A stretch of DNA of 64,000 bases from contig CACNWV010000006.1 in the NCBI GenBank assembly GCA_902624195.1, positions 673-64,672 on the forward strand, read 5' to 3'. Shown here one piece after another: positions 33,958 to 44,759 of the stretch; position 1 is the stretch's first letter, and every line of letters starts with the position of its first letter. Both the position numbers and the translations under genes were made by a program. Source of the DNA: an uncultured Pelagibacteraceae bacterium (GTDB lineage: Bacteria; Pseudomonadota; Alphaproteobacteria; Pelagibacterales; Pelagibacteraceae). Below the pieces are notes generated by a model. That model was given only the letters and a program-made list of their open reading frames with translations, was not told where the DNA came from and did no database searches.

Positions 33958-35248
33958 AAGATACTCAAGGAAAGAAATAAAAGCTATTTGGGATGATTAC
34001 AATAAGTACTCATTGTGGTTAGAAATTGAACTGGCAGCTGCTGAGGCTATGGAAAAATTTAAGATTATTCCTAAAGGAATTTCTAAGAAGATAAGATCTA
34101 GGGCAAAAGTTAACGTGAAAAGAATTTTACAAATTGAAGATAAAGTTAAACATGATGTAATTGCTTTTTTAACATCAATTGCAGAAAAGGCTGGTAATGA
34201 TGCTAGACACCTTCATAAAGGCATGACTTCCTCGGATGTATTAGATACTTGTTTTAATCTTCAGTTAAAACAATCTGGTGAAATACTATTAAAAGATATT
34301 GATCAATTATTATTCTCAATTAAAAAACAGGCAATAAAACATAAATTTACTTTGTGCATGGGTAGAAGCCATGGAATTCATGCTGAACCAATAACTTTTG
34401 GTCTAAAAATGTTATCTTTTTACCAGGAATTTTCGAGAAATAAAAATAGATTAAAAATTGCAATAAATGAAATTTCTACATGTGCCATTTCTGGAGCAGT
34501 AGGAACATTTGCTAATGTTGATCCAAGGATTGAAAAATATGTTGCAAAGAAACTTAAATTAAGGATTGAACCAATTTCATCACAAGTCATACCGAGAGAT
34601 AGACATGCTCAATTTTTTTCTACCCTAGCAATAATAGCAAGCTCTATTGAAAGATTAGCAATAGAAATTAGGCATTTGCAAAGAACTGAAGTATTAGAAG
34701 TAGAGGAATTTTTCGGTAAAAAACAAAAAGGTTCATCGGCAATGCCACACAAAAAAAATCCTATTTTAAGTGAAAATCTTACAGGGCTAGCTAGGTTAAT
34801 TAGGTCAACAGCTATTCCTGCTTTGGAGAATGTTGCACTGTGGCATGAAAGAGATATCTCTCATTCAGCTGTAGAGAGAAATATTGGACCAGACGCAACT
34901 GTTACATTAGATTTTGCCTTATCAAGATTGACTACTGTAATTAAGAATTTAAATATTTATCCAAAAAATATGTTGAGAAATTTAAATATTACTAATGGAA
35001 TTTTTTTTTCACAACGAGTTTTACTTGAGCTTACAAATAGCGGTTTTTCAAGAGAAGAGTCATATAAAGTTGTTCAACAAAGTGCTTTGAGGGCTTGGAA
35101 AGAAAATTCCTCTTTTTTTAACATTATTATTTCAAATAAAAAAATTACAAACAAAATACCTGTTAATAAACTAAAAAAACTATTTAATTTTAGTTACCAT
35201 ACGAAAAAAATTAATATAATTTTCAACAGGTGTCTAAAAAAAAAGTAA
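33950..35248 (+). CDS. purB: Adenylosuccinate lyase
   Basis: MIERYSR, GRSHGIHAEP, GSSAMPHKKNP, WHERDISHS. Confidence 0.97.
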   Translation: MIERYSRKEIKAIWDDYNKYSLWLEIELAAAEAMEKFKIIPKGISKKIRSRAKVNVKRILQIEDKVKHDVIAFLTSIAEKAGNDARHLHKGMTSSDVLDTCFNLQLKQSGEILLKDIDQLLFSIKKQAIKHKFTLCMGRSHGIHAEPITFGLKMLSFYQEFSRNKNRLKIAINEISTCAISGAVGTFANVDPRIEKYVAKKLKLRIEPISSQVIPRDRHAQFFSTLAIIASSIERLAIEIRHLQRTEVLEVEEFFGKKQKGSSAMPHKKNPILSENLTGLARLIRSTAIPALENVALWHERDISHSAVERNIGPDATVTLDFALSRLTTVIKNLNIYPKNMLRNLNITNGIFFSQRVLLELTNSGFSREESYKVVQQSALRAWKENSSFFNIIISNKKITNKIPVNKLKKLFNFSYHTKKINIIFNRCLKKK

Positions 35249-35252
35249 CTAC

Positions 35253-36044
35253 ATGAATAAAGGAAATAAATTATACGAAGGTAAGGCTAAAATAATTTAT
35301 GAGACAAAAGATAAAAATTTAGTTATTCAACACTTTAAAGACGACGCGACTGCATTTAATAATCTTAAAAAAGCGAATGTTGAGGGCAAAGGCGTTTTAA
35401 ATAATAGGATTTCAGAATATATTTTAACTGTTTTATCTCAGTCTGGGATCAAAACTCATTTCATAAAACGTCTAAATATGAGAGAGCAATTAATAAAGAA
35501 AGCCGAGATTTTTCCTATAGAATTTATTGTTAGAAATATTGCTACTGGATCTTTAACAAAAAGACTTGGGATACCTGAGGGAACAATTTTAGATCGACCT
35601 TTATTAGAATATTGTTATAAAAAAGATGAGTTAAATGACCCTTTGATATCAAGAGAACATATTTACTCCTTTGGCTGGGCTAAAGAGAATGAATTAAAAG
35701 AAATAGATAAAACAACATTTAGAATTAACGATATATTAACCGGGATGTTTCGAGCAATTGGCATAAAGCTAGTTGACTTTAAAATTGAATACGGAAAAAC
35801 ATGGAATAAAGAAACTGAAAAAAAAGAAATAGTTTTAGCTGATGAAATAAGTCCAGACACATGTAGATTATGGGACTCTAAAACTGAAAAAAAACTCGAT
35901 AAAGACAGATTTAGAAAAGATTTAGGTAACATAATTCAAGGCTATCAAGAAGTTGCGAGGAGATTAGGTATTATGCCTGAAGAAACTAACATTAGTGAAG
36001 TAAACTTTGGAAAAACAATTCCAATAAAATTCAAGAAAAAATAA
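35253..36044 (+). CDS. purC: SAICAR synthetase
   Basis: LYEGKAK, FKDDATAFN, LVDFKIEYG, LADEISPDTCRLWD. Confidence 0.97.
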   Translation: MNKGNKLYEGKAKIIYETKDKNLVIQHFKDDATAFNNLKKANVEGKGVLNNRISEYILTVLSQSGIKTHFIKRLNMREQLIKKAEIFPIEFIVRNIATGSLTKRLGIPEGTILDRPLLEYCYKKDELNDPLISREHIYSFGWAKENELKEIDKTTFRINDILTGMFRAIGIKLVDFKIEYGKTWNKETEKKEIVLADEISPDTCRLWDSKTEKKLDKDRFRKDLGNIIQGYQEVARRLGIMPEETNISEVNFGKTIPIKFKKK

Positions 36045-36045
36045 G

Positions 36046-36285
36046 TTGAAATTTTCAGTAACAGTAACTCTTAAAAAAGATGTATTGGATCCGCAGGGAA
36101 AAGCTGTTCAAAATACTTTGATTAATTTAGGTATGTCAGACCTGAAAAGTATAAGACAAGGAAAATTTTTTCAAATTGAGTTAAATGAAAAGGATTCAAA
36201 AAAAGCAGAGGCAAGGATAGATGAAATGTGTAAGAAACTCTTAGCTAATTTGATAATTGAAGATTACAAAATTGATAAATTGTAA
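36046..36285 (+). CDS. purS: FGAM synthase subunit PurS
   Basis: VLDPQGKA, RQGK, LLANLIIEDY; TTG start. Confidence 0.95.
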   Translation: MKFSVTVTLKKDVLDPQGKAVQNTLINLGMSDLKSIRQGKFFQIELNEKDSKKAEARIDEMCKKLLANLIIEDYKIDKL

Positions 36286-36962
36286 TGAAATCATCTGTAA
36301 TAGTATTCCCTGGTTCTAATTGTGATCGTGACATTGCAGTGGCTTTGGAAAAATTGCAATTCAAAAATCAAATGGTATGGCATAAAGATACATCTTTACC
36401 TAAAAGTGATCTTATAGTTATTCCAGGAGGATTTTCTTTTGGAGATTATTTACGCTCAGGTGCGATTGCTGGAAAATCTTTAATAATAGATGAGGTTATT
36501 AAAGCAGCGAACTCAGGCTGTTTAATTCTTGGAATTTGTAATGGATTTCAAATTTTAACTGAAACTGGATTACTTAAAGGTACGCTATTAAGAAACAAGA
36601 ATTTAAGATTTATTAATCGAGATGTAAATATTAAAGTTATGAATAATAAGACTAAATTCTCCTCAAAGTATGAATTAAATCAAGTATTAAAAATAAATAT
36701 TGCTCACAATGAGGGAAATTACTTTACAAGTAATCAGCACCTAGAAGAACTTAAAAAAGATAATCTAATTGCATTTAAATATTGTGATGAAAAAGGAAAT
36801 ACCAATGAAAAATCAAATCCAAATGGTGCACTGGAAAATATAGCAGGGATATATAATTCAAAAAAAAATATTTTAGGTATGATGCCTCATCCAGAACGAA
36901 TGATTGATGACATTATATCTAATACCGATGGAGTTAATTTGTTTTCAAGTTTATTAAATTAA
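36285..36962 (+). CDS. purQ: FGAM synthase glutaminase subunit PurQ
   Basis: FPGSNCD, PGGFSFGDYLR.G, GICNGFQ, MMPHPER. Confidence 0.97.
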   Translation: MKSSVIVFPGSNCDRDIAVALEKLQFKNQMVWHKDTSLPKSDLIVIPGGFSFGDYLRSGAIAGKSLIIDEVIKAANSGCLILGICNGFQILTETGLLKGTLLRNKNLRFINRDVNIKVMNNKTKFSSKYELNQVLKINIAHNEGNYFTSNQHLEELKKDNLIAFKYCDEKGNTNEKSNPNGALENIAGIYNSKKNILGMMPHPERMIDDIISNTDGVNLFSSLLN

Positions 36963-36965
36963 AAA

Positions 36966-39146
36966 ATGAAAATTACTAAAGAAATTATTGAAAGTCACGG
37001 ATTAAAAGATGAGGAGTATAAAAATATACAAAAATTATTAAAAAGAAATCCTAATTTTCTTGAACTTGGAATTTTTTCAGCAATGTGGAATGAGCATTGT
37101 TCATATAAATCATCAAGAATACATTTAAAAAAACTGCCAACAAAAGGCAAACAAGTAATACAAGGACCTGGTGAAAATGCTGGGGTAATTGATATTGGCG
37201 ACAACGATGCAATAGTTTTCAAAATTGAGAGTCATAACCACCCCTCTTATATAGAGCCTTATCAAGGTGCCGCAACAGGTGTAGGCGGTATATTAAGAGA
37301 TGTTTTTACAATGGGTGCCAGACCTATTGCTTTATTAAACTCAATACATTTTGGATCGCCTTCTCATCCAAAAACAAAGAGTCTTCTAAACGGAGTAGTT
37401 TCAGGAATTGGCGGATATGGAAATTGCATCGGAATACCAACAGTTGCGGGGGAAACAAAATTTCACGAAACTTATAATGAGAATATTTTAGTAAATGCAA
37501 TGGCTGTAGGACATGTTAAAAAAAATAAAATATTTTACTCAAAAGCTAAGGGGGTAAATAAAGCTGTAGTTTATGTTGGATCAAAAACTGGTCGTGATGG
37601 TATACATGGAGCATCAATGGCATCAGCAGAATTTGATGACAATTCTGATGAAAAAAAACCTACAGTTCAAGTGGGAGATCCTTTTACTGAAAAATTATTA
37701 TTAGAGGCATGTTTAGAATTAATGAAAGATGAGTCAATTATATCTATTCAAGATATGGGGGCTGCTGGCCTTACTTCTTCAAGCGTGGAGATGGCTTCAA
37801 AAGGTTCTTTAGGGATTGAGTTAGAATTGGATAAAGTTCCATGTAGAGAAGAAAATATGACTCCTTATGAAATGATGTTATCTGAGAGTCAAGAAAGGAT
37901 GTTGATTGTTTTGGAAGATGGTAAAGAGGAGCAAGCCAAAAAAATTTTTTCTAAATGGGATTTAGATTTTGTTATAATAGGCAAAACAACTAATTCTAAA
38001 AATTTAACATTAAAATTTAAAAAACAAAAAATAGCTGAAATTCCTATAGATGCACTTGCATCTAACGCGCCTATTTATGATAGAAAATGGATTAAAAAAA
38101 AACTTCCTCAAACCAACTTTAAATTAAAAAGACTTAAGAAAATTAAAATTGAAGATGCATTAATAAAAATATTATCAAGTCCAAATCATTCAAATAAAAG
38201 TTGGGTAACAAATCAGTACGATCAAATGGTGATGTGTGATACGGCTCAAAAATCTGGTTCGGATGCTGCAATAATAAGAATTCATAATAAAGATAAAGCT
38301 ATAGCTGTTTCAGTTGATTCATCTGCAAATTATTGTAAATCACATCCTATAACTGGTGGAAAACAAATAGTGTGTGAGAACTGGAGAAATTTAATATCTG
38401 TGGGTGCAAAACCTATAGCTATAACTAATTGTCTTAACTTTGGAAATCCTGAAAATAAAGAAATAATGGGTGAATTTGCTGAGTGCACTGAAGGAATGAA
38501 AGAAGCATGTGAATTTTTGAATTATCCGGTAGTTTCAGGGAATGTATCTTTTTACAATGGAACAAATAAAAAAAATATCTTTCCAACCCCTGTAATTGGT
38601 GGAATAGGTTTAATTAATAAATTATCAAAACCTTTGGGACATAATTTAAAAAAAGAAGGTAGTTATATAATTCAAATTGGTAAAACATTTGGCCATCTCG
38701 GGCAAAGTTGTTTCTTGAAGGAAAATTATTCAATCACAGAAGGTAAACCGCCAGAAATTAATTTACTTAACGAAAAAAATAACGGTAAAATAGTTTTAGA
38801 TTTAATCAATAAAGATTTAGTTTTATCATGTCATGATATTTCTGATGGTGGTTTAATCACCTGTTTATCAGAAATGGCCATGTCCACCAGCTTAGGTGTC
38901 AAAATAGAAAAGCCTAAAAAGTTAAGGGACTTAAGCGAGTACTTTTTCGGAGAGGACCAAGGTAGGTATGTTCTTGAAATTGAAAAACAAAACATAAAAA
39001 AAACTGAGGATTTACTGAGGAATAATAGTATATACTTTGAAAACATTGGAATAACACAAAAAAAATATTTTGAAATAGTAGGTGAAATGAAAATTGACAC
39101 AAATGCCCTATTTAAAATCAATAATCAATGGTATAACAATTATTAA
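36966..39146 (+). CDS. purL: FGAM synthase subunit PurL (small form)
   Basis: [41 protein letters not shown]. Confidence 0.97.
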   Translation: MKITKEIIESHGLKDEEYKNIQKLLKRNPNFLELGIFSAMWNEHCSYKSSRIHLKKLPTKGKQVIQGPGENAGVIDIGDNDAIVFKIESHNHPSYIEPYQGAATGVGGILRDVFTMGARPIALLNSIHFGSPSHPKTKSLLNGVVSGIGGYGNCIGIPTVAGETKFHETYNENILVNAMAVGHVKKNKIFYSKAKGVNKAVVYVGSKTGRDGIHGASMASAEFDDNSDEKKPTVQVGDPFTEKLLLEACLELMKDESIISIQDMGAAGLTSSSVEMASKGSLGIELELDKVPCREENMTPYEMMLSESQERMLIVLEDGKEEQAKKIFSKWDLDFVIIGKTTNSKNLTLKFKKQKIAEIPIDALASNAPIYDRKWIKKKLPQTNFKLKRLKKIKIEDALIKILSSPNHSNKSWVTNQYDQMVMCDTAQKSGSDAAIIRIHNKDKAIAVSVDSSANYCKSHPITGGKQIVCENWRNLISVGAKPIAITNCLNFGNPENKEIMGEFAECTEGMKEACEFLNYPVVSGNVSFYNGTNKKNIFPTPVIGGIGLINKLSKPLGHNLKKEGSYIIQIGKTFGHLGQSCFLKENYSITEGKPPEINLLNEKNNGKIVLDLINKDLVLSCHDISDGGLITCLSEMAMSTSLGVKIEKPKKLRDLSEYFFGEDQGRYVLEIEKQNIKKTEDLLRNNSIYFENIGITQKKYFEIVGEMKIDTNALFKINNQWYNNY

Positions 39147-39376
39147 TGGCATTAGCGGCTGAAGAAATAAAAAAATTAATTAAAGAGTCGATACCAGACG
39201 CTCAAATCGAAATTAAAGATCTAAGAGGTGATAATAACCATTATTCAGCGACTATAAGATCAAAAATATTCAATAATTTAAATAAGATCGATCAGCACAA
39301 ACTAGTTTATAAATCCCTTAAAGGTAAAATGGGAAATGAATTGCATGCCTTATCAATTACTACTGAAAGCAAATGA
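39146..39376 (+). CDS. bolA: BolA/IbaG-family protein
   Basis: GD..HY, F......QHKLVY, LHALSI.T; adjacent to grxD. Confidence 0.9.
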   Translation: MALAAEEIKKLIKESIPDAQIEIKDLRGDNNHYSATIRSKIFNNLNKIDQHKLVYKSLKGKMGNELHALSITTESK

Positions 39377-39693
39377 GTGAAATAAAGCAAAAAATTATTA
39401 ATCTAATAAAAGAAAATAAAGTTTGTTTATTTATGAAAGGAACACCAGATGAACCTCAATGTGGTTTCTCAATGGCTGTAACAAATGTTTTGAAACATTT
39501 AAATGTAAAATTTATAGGTATCAATGTTTTGGAAGATGAAAATCTGAGACAAGGCATTAAAGATTTTAGTGATTGGCCAACTATCCCTCAACTTTACGTA
39601 AATGAGGAATTTATCGGTGGATGCGATATAGTTAAAGAGATGTTTGAAAAAGGAGATCTAAAAAAACTTCTTTCTGATAAAAAACTAATTTAA
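39373..39693 (+). CDS. grxD: Monothiol glutaredoxin Grx4
   Basis: FMKGTP..PQCGFS, WPTIPQLY, GGCD. Confidence 0.96.
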   Translation: MSEIKQKIINLIKENKVCLFMKGTPDEPQCGFSMAVTNVLKHLNVKFIGINVLEDENLRQGIKDFSDWPTIPQLYVNEEFIGGCDIVKEMFEKGDLKKLLSDKKLI

Positions 39694-40433
39694 GTTTTTA
39701 AAATAAAACAAATATCCGAACTTTTTAAATTTCCCTTATATGTATTAATTAATCCTACGGAAGAAAACAATGCCTCTTGATCTTCTTTTTTAAAAAATGA
39801 AGTTTTAAAATACTCTTTTTTTTTTAGTTTAACTAAGAGATCATCGACTAAAATATCGTCTACATCTTTACAAAAATCAAAATAATTTGGGTATTTATAA
39901 TCCTCTATAATATAAATTCCATCTTTTTTTAAATAACTAAAGAAAAAGTTTAAGCATATTAATATATCACTTAATTTATGAGATCCATCGTCAATTATTA
40001 GGTCAAAATTTTTAAATTTATTTTTGAAAAATATTTTATCTAAAATATTTTTTATCTTTGCTTTATTTTTAATGTCAACTCCGTAAACATCAATTTTCTT
40101 TGACTTGTATTTGAATTTTGAAATATTTATATCGAAACAGAAAATTTTAGATTTTGATAAGTATTTTGTAAATGCTACTGCCGATGATCCAGAGTATGAT
40201 CCGATTTCTAAAATATTTAATTGTTTATTTTTAATATTTTCTAAATGCTTAACATAAAATTTTGAAAAACCATGTCCTTGAGTATTATTAAGTTTAAATA
40301 AATTTGCTTTATCACTGCCGTAATAATGAAATAAATTATCTAACGAGGTGCTATTAAACCCATCATCGTCTACTGAGGTCTTTCTTTTTAAATTATAAAT
40401 TAATTTTCTTTTTAAGAGGCTAAAAAAGTTCAA
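39690..40433 (-). CDS. Orphan class I SAM-dependent O-methyltransferase
   Basis: SDK..HG...Y, LEIGSYSGSS, FDI, FDLIIDDGSH, YIIED. Confidence 0.75.
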   Translation of the reverse strand: MNFFSLLKRKLIYNLKRKTSVDDDGFNSTSLDNLFHYYGSDKANLFKLNNTQGHGFSKFYVKHLENIKNKQLNILEIGSYSGSSAVAFTKYLSKSKIFCFDINISKFKYKSKKIDVYGVDIKNKAKIKNILDKIFFKNKFKNFDLIIDDGSHKLSDILICLNFFFSYLKKDGIYIIEDYKYPNYFDFCKDVDDILVDDLLVKLKKKEYFKTSFFKKEDQEALFSSVGLINTYKGNLKSSDICFILKT

Positions 40434-41051
40434 TTATCTCGAATAGTATTCAATTACTAGATTTGGCTCCATTATAACTGGGTAAGGGACCTCAGAAAAC
40501 TTTGGTGTCCTAATGAGCTTAACAATTTTATTTTTGTTGTCTAATTGAATATACTCAGGAACATCACGCTCTTTGCTTTGAATTGACCCGTCTATAACAT
40601 TTAGCTTTTTTGATTTATCTCGAACTTCAATTATATCTTTACCTTTAACAAGATAACTTGAAATATTTACTCTTTTTTTATTTACATTTATATGACCATG
40701 ATTAATCATTTGCCTAGCTGAAAAAACAGTTGGTGCTAGCTTAGCTCTATAAACAATTGTATCTAACCTGCTTTCAAGAATTGCGATTAAATTTTCAGTC
40801 GTGTCTCCCTTCTTTGAAAGAGCTTTTCTATAAATATTTCTGAATTGTCTCTCGTTTATGTTTCCGTAATAAGCTTTTAGTTTTTGTTTTGCTTGAAGTT
40901 GTACCCCATAGTCTGTTGGTTTCCCTTTTTTGTTTTGACCATGTTGTCCTGGAGGATATGCTCTAGAGTTAAAAGGGCTTTTTGGTCTGCCCCAAATATT
41001 TGCTTTAAGTCTTCGATCAACTTTATGTTTAGATTTAAGTCTTTTAGTCAT
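40434..41051 (-). CDS. rpsD: 30S ribosomal protein S4
   Basis: [32 protein letters not shown]. Confidence 0.98.
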   Translation of the reverse strand: MTKRLKSKHKVDRRLKANIWGRPKSPFNSRAYPPGQHGQNKKGKPTDYGVQLQAKQKLKAYYGNINERQFRNIYRKALSKKGDTTENLIAILESRLDTIVYRAKLAPTVFSARQMINHGHINVNKKRVNISSYLVKGKDIIEVRDKSKKLNVIDGSIQSKERDVPEYIQLDNKNKIVKLIRTPKFSEVPYPVIMEPNLVIEYYSR

Positions 41052-41067
41052 AATAAATAATTGTGTT

Positions 41068-41095
41068 TTTATAAGCTTTACTAATGATTTGTCAA
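41068..41095 (-). promoter_or_regulatory. Putative sigma70 promoter of rpsD (TTGACA-N16-TATAAA)
   Basis: Consensus -35 at 41095-41090 and -10 at 41073-41068 in the 57-bp trmJ-rpsD gap. Confidence 0.6.
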
Positions 41096-41108
41096 TTAAG
41101 CTTTAATG

Positions 41109-41819
41109 TTATTTTTTACTCAATGTGCTTATAATACTAGCTAAAATCCTTAATTCTTTATCGTTTGGTTCTAATCTATAAATTAAATTATTTATATTTA
41201 ATATCATTGAGTGCTTTTTCTCTTTAGGGATAAAAAAATCTTTTTTTTCTAAAAGGCTTATTAAATGAGCTAATAAAGAAGATATTTTTGATTTAGATGA
41301 AACTTTTAAATTCAGCTCATTATTCTTAATTTTTTTATCATTAAGTGATTTAAAGATCTCGTAAGAAATAACAGTCAAAGAATGCGATAAGTTTAAAGAT
41401 TTAAATTTAGGTGAGGTTGGAATTTGTAAAATATAATTAGAAAACGACAAATCTTTATTTGATAAACCTGATGCTTCAGGACCGAACATTAAACCCAAGT
41501 TAAGATTTCTTCTTTTGATTATTTTTTGAAATTCTTTAAGTGAAATATTTTTTTTATTTATGTCCCTACGTCTTGCACTTAAAGATACGACCAAATTAAA
41601 AGGCTCTATTGCATCTTGAATATTATTAAATACTTTAGCTTTATTTATAATGTCATACGCTCCTACGGATATTGCTTTAGCTTTATGATTTGGAAAATTA
41701 ATTTTAGGCTCTACAATGTGAAGTTTTGAGAAACCAAAATTTTTCATTGCTCTGGCACATGCACCTATGTTTTCACCTAGTTGCGGTTTTACTAGAATGA
41801 AACCAAATTTACTGCTCAT
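41109..41819 (-). CDS. trmJ: tRNA 2'-O-methyltransferase, TrmJ/SpoU family
   Basis: PQLGENIGACARAMKNFG, FGPEASGL.N, SLNLSHS. Confidence 0.88.
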   Translation of the reverse strand: MSSKFGFILVKPQLGENIGACARAMKNFGFSKLHIVEPKINFPNHKAKAISVGAYDIINKAKVFNNIQDAIEPFNLVVSLSARRRDINKKNISLKEFQKIIKRRNLNLGLMFGPEASGLSNKDLSFSNYILQIPTSPKFKSLNLSHSLTVISYEIFKSLNDKKIKNNELNLKVSSKSKISSLLAHLISLLEKKDFFIPKEKKHSMILNINNLIYRLEPNDKELRILASIISTLSKK

Positions 41820-43413
41820 TTAAATTAGCAGGAGCTTTTTCTTTATAAAGTTTATAATCCAAGCTATCAATTAATGCTTTAAATGAAGCTTCAATAATAT
41901 TTGGAGATACACCAACTGTAAACCAACTCACACCTGTTTTATCAGTACTTTCAATTAAAACTCTAGTTGTTGCTTCAGTACCAGTATTCAGAATTCTAAC
42001 TTTATAATCAAGTAACTTCAAATCTGAAAAAAAATTATAGTATTTTGTTACTTTTTTAAAATTAGATCTGATCGCATTATCCAATGCATTTACAGGTCCA
42101 TTCCCTTCACCATAACACTCAATTTCTTTTCCATCTATCAAGAAAACTACGCTAGCTTTTGTTTGTATTTTGTCAAATTTTGAAACATTCACATCGTAAC
42201 TTTTTACCTTTAAATATTCAGGAACTTTACCTAATAATCTATTAGCTAATAATTCAAATGAAGCATCAGCTCCATCATAAGAATAACCACTAAATTCTCT
42301 ATCTTTCACCTCATCCAAAATTTTTTGGATTTTTGGATCCTTAGAGTCAATTTTAACTCCGTATTGTTCTAGTCTTGATAAAATATTTGATCGACCAGCT
42401 TGATTTGAAACAATTATATTTCTATGATTTCCAATTATTTTTGGATCAATATGTTCGTAAGTTTTTGGATCTTTCTTCACTGCTGAAACGTGAAGACCTC
42501 CCTTGTGAGAAAAGGCTGAGGCACCAACATAGGCCATATTTTTATTAGGTTTTCTATTTAGTATTTCATCTAACAATCTTGAACATTCAGTTAATGAAGT
42601 AAGTTTATCTTTTTTAATGTTAATTTCATACTTATCGCTAAAAGATTTTTTTAAACATAAGTTAGGAATAATTGACATCAAATTTGCATTACCACATCTT
42701 TCACCTAAACCATTTATAGTTCCTTGAATATGTCTCACGCCGCTTTCAACTGCAGCTAAAGAATTAGCCACAGCATTTTCTGTATCGTTATGTGCATGAA
42801 TTCCAAGATTGCTTCCAGGTATTATTTTTGAAACTTTTGTAACAATTTCTCTAATCTCATTCGGTAGTGTGCCACCATTTGTATCACATAATACTACCCA
42901 TCTAGCACCATTATCGTAGGCTTGTTTTAAGCAATCAATTGCATATTCTGGGTTAGCCTTATAACCATCAAAAAAATGTTCTGCATCAAACAAAAATTCT
43001 TTCTTGTTTTTAACAAAATGTTTTGTTGTTTCTTTGATGTTTACTAAATTTTCCTCTTTTTGAATTCCTAAAGCAACTTTTACATGAAAATCCCAAGATT
43101 TTCCTACTACACAAACTGCTGGTGTATTCGCATTCATTAAAGAAGCTAAACCGGGATCGTTATCTGCGCTTCGACCTGTTTTTTTGGTCATACCGAATGC
43201 AGTAAATAAAGTTTGTTGCATTTTGGGTGGGCTAGAAAAAAATTTTGTATCAACAGGATTTGCCCCAGGCCATCCTCCCTCTACATAATCAACACCTATC
43301 TCTGATAAAACTTTTGCTATTTTATTTTTATCTTCAATTGAGAAATCAACACCTTCCGTCTGAGCTCCGTCTCTTAAAGTGGTATCAAATATATATATTT
43401 TCTCTTTACTCAT
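41809..43413 (-). CDS. cimA: Citramalate synthase (DRE-TIM, LeuA paralog)
   Basis: DTTLRDGAQTEG, EGGWPGANP, FDAEHFFDG, GERCGNANL, AFSHKGGLH, DYKVRIL; cysS-cimA linkage as in alphaproteobacteria. Confidence 0.88.
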   Translation of the reverse strand: MSKEKIYIFDTTLRDGAQTEGVDFSIEDKNKIAKVLSEIGVDYVEGGWPGANPVDTKFFSSPPKMQQTLFTAFGMTKKTGRSADNDPGLASLMNANTPAVCVVGKSWDFHVKVALGIQKEENLVNIKETTKHFVKNKKEFLFDAEHFFDGYKANPEYAIDCLKQAYDNGARWVVLCDTNGGTLPNEIREIVTKVSKIIPGSNLGIHAHNDTENAVANSLAAVESGVRHIQGTINGLGERCGNANLMSIIPNLCLKKSFSDKYEINIKKDKLTSLTECSRLLDEILNRKPNKNMAYVGASAFSHKGGLHVSAVKKDPKTYEHIDPKIIGNHRNIIVSNQAGRSNILSRLEQYGVKIDSKDPKIQKILDEVKDREFSGYSYDGADASFELLANRLLGKVPEYLKVKSYDVNVSKFDKIQTKASVVFLIDGKEIECYGEGNGPVNALDNAIRSNFKKVTKYYNFFSDLKLLDYKVRILNTGTEATTRVLIESTDKTGVSWFTVGVSPNIIEASFKALIDSLDYKLYKEKAPANLNEQ

Positions 43414-44759
43414 TTAAATTTCCAAGTTGTCTTTTCTTTTTTATCCTCAATGATTACTCCTTTACTTGCTAGTTCAACTCTTATTTTATCAGCAAGCTTA
43501 TAATCTCCTTTTTGTTTTGCTGCCAATCTTTCTTTAATTTTTTTTTCAATAAATTCTTCTGAGATATCTTTATCTACTTTTTTAAACTCTTCCCACTCGT
43601 TTTTTGTTAAATCAAATAAACCAATTAATTTACATGCACTATTAAAAAATTTTTTACTTTTTTTATCACCTTTATTTGCGTTAGCATAAAGTTCGTGAAT
43701 TTTAGCTATGAAACCAGGAGTATTTAAATCATCTAGTAACATGTCTATCTCTTTCAAAGGTATTTCTTCATTATTTTCTTCATACAATTGATACCATTTT
43801 TCAATAGTTGCTCGTTGATTCTCTAAAAGTTTATTGTTCCAATCTAGTGGTTGACTGTAGTGAGCACTCAATAATGCTAACCTAACGACCTGACCAGAAT
43901 ATTTTTTAGTTGCATCAGTTATAGAAATTATATTGCCTAAAGATTTTGACATCTTTTCATTATTAATCGTTACAAATCCGTTATGAACCCAATAATTTGC
44001 AAAGTTTTTCGTATTATTGTTACAACAAGACTGGGCTATCTCATTTTCATGATGAGGAAAAATTAAATCAAGACCACCGCCATGAATATCTAAATTTTTA
44101 CCAAGGTATTTTTCACTCATTACTGAACATTCAAGATGCCAGCCCGGTCTACCTCTTCCCCAAGGCGACTCCCAACCAGGGTCTTTTTCATTTGAAGGCT
44201 TCCATAAAACAAAGTCCATTGGATTTTTTTTTAGATCAGAAATTTCTATTCTACTCCCTGCCTTTAACTCATCTAAATTTTTGTTTGATAATTTTCCATA
44301 ATCTTTAAATTTGCTTACAGCAAAAAAAACATGGTTTTTATTTTCGTAAGCAAATCCCTTTTTGATTAATGAAGATGTCATTTCAATCATTTCTTTTACA
44401 TGTTCTGTGGCTTTTGGCTCTATCGTTGGTTTTAAACAGTTTAAACTCTTACAATTTTTATGAAAAATATTAATCACTCTATTAGTAATTTCATTTATAT
44501 CTTCTTTATTATTTTGAGAAGCTTCTATTATCTTATCATCTACATCAGTAATATTTCTTACGTACGTTACATTTGAATTGTAGAGAACCTTTAAAACTCT
44601 AAATAAAACATCAAACACTACAAGGGTTCTTGCATTACCTACATGGGGACTCTCATATACAGTCGGGCCACAAGCATATAAGGAAATCTTTTTTATATTA
44701 TTTGGCTTAAATACTTCTTTTTTTCTTGTTAGAGAATTTGTTAATTTTAAGCTATTCAT
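43410..44759 (-). CDS. cysS: Cysteine-tRNA ligase
   Basis: CGPTVY..HVGN, GRPGWHLECS, FPHHENE, KMSKS. Confidence 0.98.
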   Translation of the reverse strand: MNSLKLTNSLTRKKEVFKPNNIKKISLYACGPTVYESPHVGNARTLVVFDVLFRVLKVLYNSNVTYVRNITDVDDKIIEASQNNKEDINEITNRVINIFHKNCKSLNCLKPTIEPKATEHVKEMIEMTSSLIKKGFAYENKNHVFFAVSKFKDYGKLSNKNLDELKAGSRIEISDLKKNPMDFVLWKPSNEKDPGWESPWGRGRPGWHLECSVMSEKYLGKNLDIHGGGLDLIFPHHENEIAQSCCNNNTKNFANYWVHNGFVTINNEKMSKSLGNIISITDATKKYSGQVVRLALLSAHYSQPLDWNNKLLENQRATIEKWYQLYEENNEEIPLKEIDMLLDDLNTPGFIAKIHELYANANKGDKKSKKFFNSACKLIGLFDLTKNEWEEFKKVDKDISEEFIEKKIKERLAAKQKGDYKLADKIRVELASKGVIIEDKKEKTTWKFK

